This document shows positions 55,972 through 64,000 of a stretch of DNA of 64,000 nt, in pieces (the first letter of the stretch is position 1; the number at the start of each line of letters is the position of its first letter). This DNA comes from Acidobacteriota bacterium (GTDB lineage Bacteria; Acidobacteriota; UBA6911): positions 6,814,785-6,878,784 of the forward strand of contig OY761556.1 of the NCBI GenBank assembly GCA_963664705.1, given 5' to 3'. The position numbers and the translations under genes were made by a program. Below the pieces are notes generated by a model, which was not told the DNA's origin, did not search any database, and saw only the letters and a program-made list of their open reading frames with translations.

Positions 55972-56210
55972 GAGCGCCGCCGTCCCGGCTAATGCTGCAT
56001 GATAATTGTTCTGAGCTCTGCGATGCCAGCGAGGCAACAGGCCCGGAGGGCCGAAAGCGAGTAGCCAGGGGTGAAGCGCAGCGAACCCCTGGGAAGATAA
56101 GTGCGAAAAAGAGCCCTGAAAGGGCGAAAGATCGGAATTCTGCCGCCCCTTCAGGGCTTGTTACTGATTTAATCCAATCCAGGGGTTCGCTACTCTCACC
56201 CCTGGCTGAT
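55972..56210. repeat. MITE-like hairpin-module repeat, copy E (left flank of the IS110-type element)
   Basis: Colinear with copy A: GAGCGCCGCCGTCCCGGCTAATGCTGCATGATAATTG..., GGCCCGGAGGGCCGAAAGCGAGTAGCCAGGGGTGAAGCGCAGCGAACCCCTGG, AGCCCTGAAAGGGCGAAAGA...CTGCCGCCCCTTCAGGGCTTG. Confidence 0.75.
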
Positions 56211-57742
56211 ATGGAGTGATCGGTCAAGTACAATCAATCCGTTCCTTGTTCGTTCATTTTGGTTTTCTTCGGTTCATAAATAAATCAGCCAGTAAAAAGA
56301 ACAGGGGATCGAGTTGGCAACAGCGACGATAATCAATCTGATATTCGCGGGTCGATAAGCACGCATGACAACTGATTCATCGGGAGCGGCCTCACTCTAC
56401 TTCCGTGGATTCTGGTTTCCCATACCAACATAGCCAGGTCGAGGTTTCTCCTTTCGAAGCCTGGAACTCGATCTCCTGTTCCGTTCACTAACCGAATGTT
56501 TCCGTTATTAATCCATTGAAGAACAAAATAGCTGCAAGAGCTGGTGCCTTATGTCATGCAACACGACCGATAGCCCAGATAAATCCTGCCAATTCTCGAC
56601 TTACCGCAACCGCGATCTTTTGTCTTTCTTTCCCTCGGTTGAGCATGCGTCGGAATTTTTGATTCAATCGCTTATCGCAACGTTGTGCAATCTCGATAAC
56701 TTCTGCCGGCAAACACTCTCGTCGTTTCTTGAGAGTTTTGCCAGCTACTGAAGAATGACGGTAGTGCCAGGCGCTTTCGATCAGCACCCTACGTAGGTGG
56801 CTGTTTCCCGTTTTGGTTATCCTTCCCCGTCTTTCAAGTTCACCTGAGCTGCTTTCCGAAGGCACCACCCCAATAGCGGCCATAAACGAAGGCGCATCAA
56901 CGAACCGTCTTAAATCGAGCGCTTCTGCGATAATCGTCATCGCCGTCAGAACCTGAACACCTTTTAGCGCCATCAAATAGCTGACTCGCTTTTGATAGTT
57001 CGGCTGTTTTGCAACTTCCTCGATTTTTTCCTGGAATTTTTTCAACCGCTCCGTCTGTTGCTCAAGCGCCTGTCGATATTCCTCCAGTACTGTTTGATCC
57101 CCATCATCCTCAAACACAAGGCTCTTAATCCATTTTAGGTGCCCAAGCGACCAGTTCTTGCCCTGCGGATATTTCAATCCACGTCGCATCAGAAACCGTG
57201 CTAATCGATGCCGTGCTCGCTGCTGGTCTTCCAATGCGTCTTCTCGCGCGCGCACTAGATCTCGCAGACTTTCCTGTTCTTTTTGCGGGATCACAATACA
57301 TGTTAGTTCTCCCGCTCGGTACAATTTGCCCAGGGCTTTCGCATCCAGCTTATCCGTTTTTACTTTTTTCCCCGCTCGTCTCGGGGTCAACGAAGGGGCC
57401 GCAACCTCACAAGAAATCCCATGTTTGGCCAAATAGCGCTGCAAATAGTATCCATTAACGCCCGCTTCGTAGACGCACCGTACATCATCTTCAAATGCCC
57501 TTAGCTTTTTCGCTAATCGCCCCAGCCCCGTACTGTCGTTTGATACAACAAGTTCTTCTCGTGGGTTACTTTCCTGCCCGCGAAAAACTGCGACGTTTAT
57601 CTTTTTTGCTGAATCATCCATCCCTACCCAAGTGATACAATCTGCCATGATCGGTCTCCTCATGTTTTATGGCTCTGCAGCTTTGTCACCACGACTTCAG
57701 CTGTAACCCACGATATTACATGCTAGAGACCGATCACTCCAT
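56211..57742 (-). mobile_element. IS110-family (IS1111-like) insertion sequence, about 1.53 kb
   Basis: Bounded by a 15-bp perfect inverted repeat, ATGGAGTGATCGGTC (56211-56225) and GACCGATCACTCCAT (57728-57742). It contains a single DEDD-type transposase gene and interrupts a MITE-like repeat. Confidence 0.8.
56554..57663 (-). CDS. IS110-family DEDD transposase/recombinase
   Basis: 369 aa. N-terminal RuvC-like region (WVGMDDSAKKINVAVF...VYEAGVNGY...VKTDKLDAKAL) and a C-terminal Transposase_20-type region (LKGVQVLTAMTIIAEA..RF...SFMAAIGVVPSESSSGE..RRGRITKTGNSHLRRVLIESAW). Confidence 0.9.
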   Translation of the reverse strand: MRRPIMADCITWVGMDDSAKKINVAVFRGQESNPREELVVSNDSTGLGRLAKKLRAFEDDVRCVYEAGVNGYYLQRYLAKHGISCEVAAPSLTPRRAGKKVKTDKLDAKALGKLYRAGELTCIVIPQKEQESLRDLVRAREDALEDQQRARHRLARFLMRRGLKYPQGKNWSLGHLKWIKSLVFEDDGDQTVLEEYRQALEQQTERLKKFQEKIEEVAKQPNYQKRVSYLMALKGVQVLTAMTIIAEALDLRRFVDAPSFMAAIGVVPSESSSGELERRGRITKTGNSHLRRVLIESAWHYRHSSVAGKTLKKRRECLPAEVIEIAQRCDKRLNQKFRRMLNRGKERQKIAVAVSRELAGFIWAIGRVA

Positions 57743-57845
57743 TATGTCTACTTGCTTTCGGCCCTCCGGGCCTGTTGCTCCACTCGCGTCGCAAGGCTCA
57801 GAACAATTCATTGGCGGCATTAACCGTCCCGGTGGGCACCCGCGA
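57743..57845. repeat. MITE-like hairpin-module repeat, copy F (right flank of the IS110-type element, inverted orientation)
   Basis: Its reverse complement reads ...CCGGGACGGTTAATGCCGCCAATGAATTGTTCTGAGCC...CAACAGGCCCGGAGGGCCGAAAGCAAGTAG, which matches the start of copies A and E. Confidence 0.7.
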
Positions 57846-57894
57846 CGTTGAGGCGGCTGCGCCTTGACGGCGAGACGCCGGCGGTCACGGTGCT

Positions 57895-59019
57895 CTAGCG
57901 TATGATCGCGCCGGATGAAACTACCTCGAAAGCATTGCCCGGAACCGCTTTGAGCTGGTTCAAATCAGTGTCATTCCAGCGCGGATCGGTTGCGCCGGTG
58001 AAGAACCAATCGGATCCATTGTCTGCGAGGATCAGTCCATATTTCTTCATCGCGACCAGGAGGACTTTTGCCGTCCCGGTGAATCCTGAAATATCGTAGC
58101 CGGCCTTCAGCCGAACTCTCAATCCCATGGGAGGTGCGTTCGGATCCGTGTTGCTGCTGGCATAGTGCGTGGCGGGGTGAATGAAAGCCTTCTGCGTGGA
58201 TTGCACGGTAAACCTTATGGCATGGTTGATCTGGCCGGCGACAGCTTCGTCATAGCGCACGAGTCCAGGCAATATCGGCAATCCGGCGGCATCTGCAGAG
58301 GTCCAGTAATCAGGGCGCAGCCCATTGGATTTCAGATCGAATACTGCGCCTGATCCACATTGCCATCCGGGAGACTGGTAATGCGAGTCATACATTTCAT
58401 AGAGAAGACAGGAATCCTTTTCCAGGACTAGCACGTGCCGGTCTCCGGTTGAGGAAGCTCCGCCCTCGATCGGGGCATCCGCGGGTATTGGGTAAGGACC
58501 GGGATCGCTTTCATCCGAGTAATCAAAGCTCACTGGCACTTTGGGTTGCGTTCCTGGCACCACGGTGAAAGGGATGCCGTAGGACGGATTGGAGCCGAAA
58601 TCGGGATGAAGGTATTTTGTGTTTCCGTTCATGTGTGCGATGTAGTTGGCGGAATTCGGGTCCAAAGGCGCATTGGAAATGTCCTGGTTCCAGGGATTGT
58701 CGGCAGGAAAAATCTGGCATCCGGAGATCATGGGGAGGCCGGGGCCATGGTCGGACAAAATGTAGTTTGTCAGCAACTGAAGGTCGATGACATTGACACT
58801 GCCATCTCCATTCAGGTCTCCCGTATTCGATGAGGATCCCGATAAAATTCTGTTTACCAGGTTCTGGATATCAAGGGCGTTGACGGCTCCGTCCCCATTG
58901 ATGTCATAGCCCTGTGCGGCGGCTCGGACCGGCAGTATCGCGAAAACATAGAATAGGCAAAGAGCGGCAGCCAGGGGCCACCGCGGCTGGGATCGCTGTT
59001 CATTGCTTTGGCAATTCAC
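57895..59019 (-). CDS. secreted protein with N-terminal dockerin-type repeats and an uncharacterised C-terminal domain
   Basis: It has a signal peptide and two EF-hand-like dockerin repeats, DINGDGAVNALDIQNLVNRIL and DLNGDGSVNVIDLQLLTNYIL. Confidence 0.7.
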   Translation of the reverse strand: MNCQSNEQRSQPRWPLAAALCLFYVFAILPVRAAAQGYDINGDGAVNALDIQNLVNRILSGSSSNTGDLNGDGSVNVIDLQLLTNYILSDHGPGLPMISGCQIFPADNPWNQDISNAPLDPNSANYIAHMNGNTKYLHPDFGSNPSYGIPFTVVPGTQPKVPVSFDYSDESDPGPYPIPADAPIEGGASSTGDRHVLVLEKDSCLLYEMYDSHYQSPGWQCGSGAVFDLKSNGLRPDYWTSADAAGLPILPGLVRYDEAVAGQINHAIRFTVQSTQKAFIHPATHYASSNTDPNAPPMGLRVRLKAGYDISGFTGTAKVLLVAMKKYGLILADNGSDWFFTGATDPRWNDTDLNQLKAVPGNAFEVVSSGAIIR

Positions 59020-59086
59020 ATTCGGGCTCCTGGAGTAGAGCGAACAGCTTACTACGGAGCCGAAAAGGGAAATGTGACTGAGCTCA

Positions 59087-59450
59087 CCTATGCGGCAACC
59101 AGAAGGGGCAAGTGAATTTGGGAGCGCTGCGCTGTGGAAGCGGCTGCGCTCTTGCCGGCGTCTTGCCCGCTTTTTTTTCGGCGTTTTTCTTTCGGTCCTT
59201 CAGGGCTCTTTGAGCTCCGAATGCAACCCCGGGCTCACAAGCTCGCCCAGGGCTGCTAGCTTTTGCGCCTTCGGCGCTTGGTTTAGGTGGAACAAAAATC
59301 CAGGCCCGGAGGGCCGAAAGCAAGTAGCCAGGGGTGAGCGGAGCGAACCCCTGGTAGAATAGTTGGAAAAACAGGAGCCCTGAAGGGGCGAAAGAACGGC
59401 AATTGCAAAAAAGTAAATTGCATTGTGCCAGACGGCTGCGCTCCCAGTGC
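59087..59450. repeat. MITE-like hairpin-module repeat, copy G (the uninterrupted 'empty-site' homolog of the copy-2 insertion locus)
   Basis: Contains the intact hairpin GCGCC-TTC-GGCGC (59265-59277), followed by GGAACAAAAATCCAGGCCCGGAGGGCCGAAAGCAAGTAGCCAGGGGTGAGCGGAGCGAACCCCTGG and AGCCCTGAAGGGGCGAAAGAACGG. Confidence 0.75.
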
Positions 59451-60284
59451 TTACTTCTTTCCTCGCTTCTTATACACGCCGAGCCCGGGCTTATAGGACT
59501 TTTCATCGAGGAATTGTTTGAATCCCTCTTCGCGGGCGTGACCTGCAAAGAACAGCATCTGTTCCTGTTTGGATACGAGATAATCCTCCGAGGTGTCCCA
59601 TGGAAGCCCTTGAATTCTCTTGAAGGCGTCCTTTGCTGCCTTCACCACGGCAGGATCTTTTGCCAGTAGAACGTCGCAAAGTTCGCGCGTTGCCTGGCGC
59701 AACTGGGCCAGCGGCACGGATTTGTTGACCAGGCCCATTTCAGCGGCTTGCTTTCCGTCGAAAAGTTCACCGGTCAGGATGTAGTAAAGACCGTCGCGGG
59801 TATTCATGGTTTCGGCGACTGCCCGGCTCACGTTGCCAGCCGGCAGGATTCCCCAGTTTATTTCCGAAAGCCCAAATTTGGCTTCGTCGGCGGCGATGGC
59901 AAGATCGCAGGAAACGACCGGCAGGAATGCTCCGCCAAAGCACCAACCATTTACCATCGCGATGGTAGCTTTCTCAAAATAGCGAAGCCGCCGCCATTGC
60001 CATTCCCAATTCATCCGGCGTGCCTTGATGGTTGCAATGCGCGGCTGGTTTTTCAGATCTCTGAAGTATTCCTTGATGTCCATGCCCGACGAGAAAGCGG
60101 TCCCTTCCCCGGTCAGTACCAAAACCCCGACATCGTCGCGTGCCTCAACTTCGTCCAGGATTTCGAGCATGCGCATGCTGGTGTCCGGGTTCATGGCATT
60201 TCGTTTTTCCGGCCTGTTGAGCGTGACCCACGCAACACCACTGTCATATTCAAGCTTTACCAAATTATTTATCTCTTTAGCCAT
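59451..60284 (-). CDS. crotonase-superfamily enzyme resembling hydroxycinnamoyl-CoA hydratase-lyase (HCHL/feruloyl-CoA hydratase-lyase)
   Basis: 277 aa. The similarity I recall to Pseudomonas HCHL extends end to end: VTLNRPEKRNAM, GMDIKEYFR, IAMVNGWCFGG, CDLAIAADEAKFGLSEINWGI, AAEMGLVNKSVPLAQLR, FLDEKSYKPGL. Confidence 0.75.
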   Translation of the reverse strand: MAKEINNLVKLEYDSGVAWVTLNRPEKRNAMNPDTSMRMLEILDEVEARDDVGVLVLTGEGTAFSSGMDIKEYFRDLKNQPRIATIKARRMNWEWQWRRLRYFEKATIAMVNGWCFGGAFLPVVSCDLAIAADEAKFGLSEINWGILPAGNVSRAVAETMNTRDGLYYILTGELFDGKQAAEMGLVNKSVPLAQLRQATRELCDVLLAKDPAVVKAAKDAFKRIQGLPWDTSEDYLVSKQEQMLFFAGHAREEGFKQFLDEKSYKPGLGVYKKRGKK

Positions 60285-60407
60285 AGTCGTTCAGTCTTTT
60301 CGGAAGGAATGTATTTGTGGAATTTGAGAAATACGCGGCGGATACATTGCTGAAGCCGGGGATTACCAGGCAATTTGCCCGGCACTCCCCGGCAATTGCA
60401 GTCTGGC

Positions 60408-62411
60408 TTAAGCCTTGCCCAGTTTTCCTTTGGCTGCCATTTTGTCGGCGACGCTCTTCAGGCCGAAATCCTCCAGGGTTTTTCGCGTGGGCCAACCATG
60501 TTCATTATCCCAGCCTTCCAGTGCGTAGAAGTGGTTTTTGAAGTCGTCCACGCCCTTCCGATCGAGATACATGTCGGGGGCGTTGTCGGATCGCCACTTG
60601 CCGTTTTCATAGATGGGCACGCCACCGTAGATCGCCATGCCTGACGCTCCCGGCTTGTACATATATGGGAAGAAATCTTCTGTCTGTCGGCTTCTTCCAT
60701 GCATCACGCGGATGGCTCGTTCCAGCGTCCAGATCTTCTGGCCCATCCGCATGGTATCGGCAAACGAATCATTCTTACCGGTGACGGCCTTGTAGTACTT
60801 CATTTCGATTTCCGGGCTGTCGCCGGTCAGTTCCGGGAGGAACATTTCGCAGAAGCCCATCGATTCGTTCCAGAACCCTGTAAAATGGCGGCTCCACGCC
60901 ACCTGCTTTGCCTTGTGAGGCGAATAGATGCCGGTTTTCCAGGCTTCATCGCCCTTCCACGCGTAGTTGAACATGAAGATATCGTCGGTGTAGGGAATGG
61001 TCTTCTTGGCGAGTTTCCCGAGCGATACCTCCAAGGTGGATCCATCGCGAGGAGTGCCTACGGGGGCCATGAACCCGTGCCATGTTTGATCTCCCGCTCC
61101 GAGGATGTAGCCATAGGCCCAGTCTACCCAAGGCATTGTCCAGTGGCTTGTCGCGCCCCAGGAGGGAAGACGGAGGGCGCAGCTTTCCTTGTCTATTTCC
61201 AGGCGTCCCCATTTCTCTGCCGCGCGGCAGCATCCTTCGGCCAGCGCATCGCCGATTCCTACGCGCCGTGCGATGGCATCCATCAGGGCCAGCCGGAAAC
61301 TCAACTGTCCCCATTGATCCATGGGCAGTGGCGCCGAGTCGATCTGCTTTCCGGGGCCCAGCACTCCCTGATCATAGAGGCATTGGAGATACCAGCCGAG
61401 GCCGGAATCCGTCGGCACCTGTCCATGGTAAATCGGGGGCACTCCGTCGACCTTCATTGTAAAGGCATGGAAATGAGCCGACCAACTGCTGAGGCCGTAT
61501 CGTATCAATGCTTCCGCGGCGTGATCCGAATCCTTGCCGCTGAGCCAACCCTGGCAGGCGCACATGGTCTCGCCCCCGTTGTAGTTGCTTCTGCGGCGAT
61601 CGCCGCGCAGGCAGGGTGAGCAGGAAGCCGCCCCCGGCTGGATTGCGGCGGGATTTGCCGTTTGCATCTGGTGCAGTCTCGCCTCCACAACCGCTTTCGG
61701 ATCGGAAACCTTTACACTGCCGGTCCCTGTGACGCTGATCGCCTTCAAATTCTTGGCCCCGAAAACCGCGCCAAAACCGCCGATGCGTGCACTGATGCCG
61801 CTGCCGGATATCAGCGCAGCGAGCCTGGATTTGGCTTCACCGATTGGGCCAATGCAAACGATCTGAGGGCGGCCTGTGGTGTAAGCGCTTTCGATCTGCT
61901 GCCATTCTTCACCGAAGCGGGTTCGCCCGCCGACCATCGATGTAATGCGGGCTTGGGTCTCATACGTGTCCAGACCCCATAGTTCTTTGGCGTCTTCGAT
62001 CTTTACCTGATCGTTGACAATATTGATCCACACCGGTTTTTCGGCTTTGCCTTCCACCACAACGCCGTCCCAGCCGGCCAGCTTCATTGTGGTTCCAAAG
62101 CGGCCGCCGAAATTGCCTCGCCAGAACTCGCTGGTAGGGAAAGTCTCGGGGGACATTCCGCAAACGCTGGTTCTTCCGGCTCCAGGGACACCGGTGCCGG
62201 CGAGAGGACTGACAATGAGAGGCAGGACATTGCGCGGGTCATAGGGATCCTTCAGATCCCATTCGCCCGGAGCCACCGCCAGATCCCAGAAGATGGCAGT
62301 CCCGATTCCATAGCCACCTCCAAATTCCTCGTACCTGGCTGTGTCCAGGGTGCTGATTTGCTTGGTTGTCAGATTGACTCTCAATATCTTTCCGATGTTT
62401 CCGTTTGGCAT
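60408..62411 (-). CDS. aldehyde:ferredoxin oxidoreductase (AOR) family tungsten/molybdopterin enzyme
   Basis: 667 aa with the AOR N-terminal domain signature GKILRVNLTTKQIS......Y.EFGGG.G....IFWD and a C-terminal AOR domain 2/3-like region. Confidence 0.8.
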   Translation of the reverse strand: MPNGNIGKILRVNLTTKQISTLDTARYEEFGGGYGIGTAIFWDLAVAPGEWDLKDPYDPRNVLPLIVSPLAGTGVPGAGRTSVCGMSPETFPTSEFWRGNFGGRFGTTMKLAGWDGVVVEGKAEKPVWINIVNDQVKIEDAKELWGLDTYETQARITSMVGGRTRFGEEWQQIESAYTTGRPQIVCIGPIGEAKSRLAALISGSGISARIGGFGAVFGAKNLKAISVTGTGSVKVSDPKAVVEARLHQMQTANPAAIQPGAASCSPCLRGDRRRSNYNGGETMCACQGWLSGKDSDHAAEALIRYGLSSWSAHFHAFTMKVDGVPPIYHGQVPTDSGLGWYLQCLYDQGVLGPGKQIDSAPLPMDQWGQLSFRLALMDAIARRVGIGDALAEGCCRAAEKWGRLEIDKESCALRLPSWGATSHWTMPWVDWAYGYILGAGDQTWHGFMAPVGTPRDGSTLEVSLGKLAKKTIPYTDDIFMFNYAWKGDEAWKTGIYSPHKAKQVAWSRHFTGFWNESMGFCEMFLPELTGDSPEIEMKYYKAVTGKNDSFADTMRMGQKIWTLERAIRVMHGRSRQTEDFFPYMYKPGASGMAIYGGVPIYENGKWRSDNAPDMYLDRKGVDDFKNHFYALEGWDNEHGWPTRKTLEDFGLKSVADKMAAKGKLGKA

Positions 62412-62586
62412 CGTCCCTCTCCTTCCCGATGCTTATCGATGGCTTTGCTGGTTTGTGGAGTTAGCGAAGGTGATTTTACTACAGATCGGCAAAAAAGCGG
62501 GAAATTTAGAAGCGGCTCGGGCTGACCGGGATTCCGCGGGATTTGCGAAATTCGCTGCGGAAGTACCACTCTTCATCCTCCGAATT

Positions 62587-63753
62587 TCACAAATCGGAAG
62601 AACGGTAAATATACTTCTTTGGAGCGGAGCCCTTTATCCTGCGCCAAAGCCGGGAAGGCCAGTCTGGATTCATGCAGGGACGCTCGACCGTCAGAAAGAA
62701 GATTGCAGAGGCAACGGCAATGACAGGAAAGCTGAACAGAAGCTCTGCGGTGAAGCTGCTCGAATAGCCGGAGACATTGACTGCCTTGCGAACGGCCCAG
62801 CCCGTTACCCAGATGATGCAGAAATGGACGAGGTAGATGGAATAACACATGCCCCCGATTGTGACGGGGAGCCGTCGGCTGAAAATCCAGTGGGAAACAC
62901 GTCCGCGAAAAGCCCCCATATACGCGCAAAAAATGATAAGCGGAAGTGCAATGGATTTCGGATTTGCCATTACTGTGATGACGAGCGCCGGCCATGCAAT
63001 CAGTGATGCCAGATCCCAGGCCATGGAATGAGGGGGGGCTTCATTCAGGTCGGCAACAAAGATGTCTGCCAAAAGAAATCCCGCCAGGAAGTAATTGAGA
63101 TGCCACAGCAGGCAATTGTGGCGGGCTACGAGCCCGGGAGAGGAAATGGCCGTGAGCAGTCCGGTTCCCAATATCGCTGCCGTCAGCAGACCGCGCCGCA
63201 GTTTCGGATTCGGAAGGGAGAAGACAATCGCCAGGAGTGGTGCGAGCAGATAGAACTGGACCTCGATTTCCAAAGACCATGCCACGCCGTTGATAACACT
63301 GGGTTCGCCATAGATCAGGTTATGTTGATAGAGGAGGCTGGCATATAGATTGTTTAGTTTGGCCAGGTGGCCACCTCCATAGGCCGCGAGGCCGGCAACA
63401 AACAGCACCACCATCGCCACCACATAGGGAGGTTCGATGCGGGTGAGACGCCGCATGTAATAGGCCTTGAGAGAGGGGCGAGGGGCACGGCCCAGTCTCC
63501 ATCTTGCGAAAGGGAGGGCAAGAAGAAATCCGCTCAGGACGAAGAAGAGCGGAACGCCAAAGGTTCCGGTCTCAAAAAGATTGGCGACCCGCCGTTCCAG
63601 TGGGCCCCATTCCACTCCCTCCATATGCCGCGAAACAGTGAAAATATGGATGTGGTAAATGACCACGGCGGCGATGGCAACAAAGCGGAGTCCATCCACC
63701 TCGGGGACAAACCGGCGGTTGGACGAGAGGATGCGGTTGAATGAAAAACGCAC
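62587..63753 (-). CDS. acyltransferase family 3 (membrane O-acyltransferase)
   Basis: 388 aa with about 10 TM helices and the N-terminal motif VDGLRFVAIAAVVIYHI. Confidence 0.85.
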   Translation of the reverse strand: MRFSFNRILSSNRRFVPEVDGLRFVAIAAVVIYHIHIFTVSRHMEGVEWGPLERRVANLFETGTFGVPLFFVLSGFLLALPFARWRLGRAPRPSLKAYYMRRLTRIEPPYVVAMVVLFVAGLAAYGGGHLAKLNNLYASLLYQHNLIYGEPSVINGVAWSLEIEVQFYLLAPLLAIVFSLPNPKLRRGLLTAAILGTGLLTAISSPGLVARHNCLLWHLNYFLAGFLLADIFVADLNEAPPHSMAWDLASLIAWPALVITVMANPKSIALPLIIFCAYMGAFRGRVSHWIFSRRLPVTIGGMCYSIYLVHFCIIWVTGWAVRKAVNVSGYSSSFTAELLFSFPVIAVASAIFFLTVERPCMNPDWPSRLWRRIKGSAPKKYIYRSSDL

Positions 63754-63783
63754 TCGGAGTGCTCCCGGTTTCGGTGGATTTCA

Positions 63784-64000
63784 CTAGCGCTGATTCCGCA
63801 TGCTCCAGAGGACTTCGCCAATCTTTCGATCCAGTATGTTCTGGCGGGTATCGTCGGGAGCATTTCCAGCCGGCGGAACGGTATAAAACCCGGTCAATGC
63901 ATTGGCATAATATTCCGGGCCCTTCGGGAATTTGACGGCCTGGCTGGTTTGAGGCATCAATGCATTCAGGTACCCTTCCACGAATCCAAGCCGCTTTTTG
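63784..64000 (-). CDS. hypothetical protein, C-terminal fragment (the gene continues beyond the window)
   Basis: The frame is open to the window edge. It ends 30 nt upstream of the acyltransferase gene on the same strand. Confidence 0.35.
   Translation of the reverse strand, partial: KKRLGFVEGYLNALMPQTSQAVKFPKGPEYYANALTGFYTVPPAGNAPDDTRQNILDRKIGEVLWSMRNQR

Overview
This 64-kb window is a GC-rich bacterial chromosomal segment. Gene content suggests Acidobacteriota (a 1455-aa CarboxypepD_reg-type TonB receptor, TolB-like propellers, many exported hypotheticals), but this is inference only. The backbone genes are a truncated respiratory complex I cluster (nuoA-nuoC-nuoG-like-nuoH), an AMP-ligase/ACP/PlsC fusion, an orphan T6SS VgrG, an ECF sigma/anti-sigma pair, a DASS permease, a PadR module, an amidase, a giant TonB-dependent receptor, a wHTH-ATPase-TPR regulator, tRNA-Ser(UGA), a pentaheme cytochrome c, a hydroxycinnamoyl-CoA hydratase-lyase-like crotonase next to a tungsten-type aldehyde:ferredoxin oxidoreductase, and an acyltransferase-3. 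Three observations stand out. (1) A 1.79-kb two-gene element occurs in two apparently identical direct copies (6232-8022 and 48067-49857). It encodes two paralogous double-HTH proteins and no recognisable transposase, and both copies sit at the same position in a hairpin of a MITE-like repeat. (2) Two paralogous exported proteins are each split in the ORF track by an in-frame TGA inside a U-x-x-C motif, with a hairpin starting 8-11 nt downstream, so they are predicted selenoproteins. (3) A modular GC-rich MITE-like repeat family occurs at six or more loci, and an IS110/IS1111-type element has also inserted into it. No CRISPR array, rRNA or prophage was seen.
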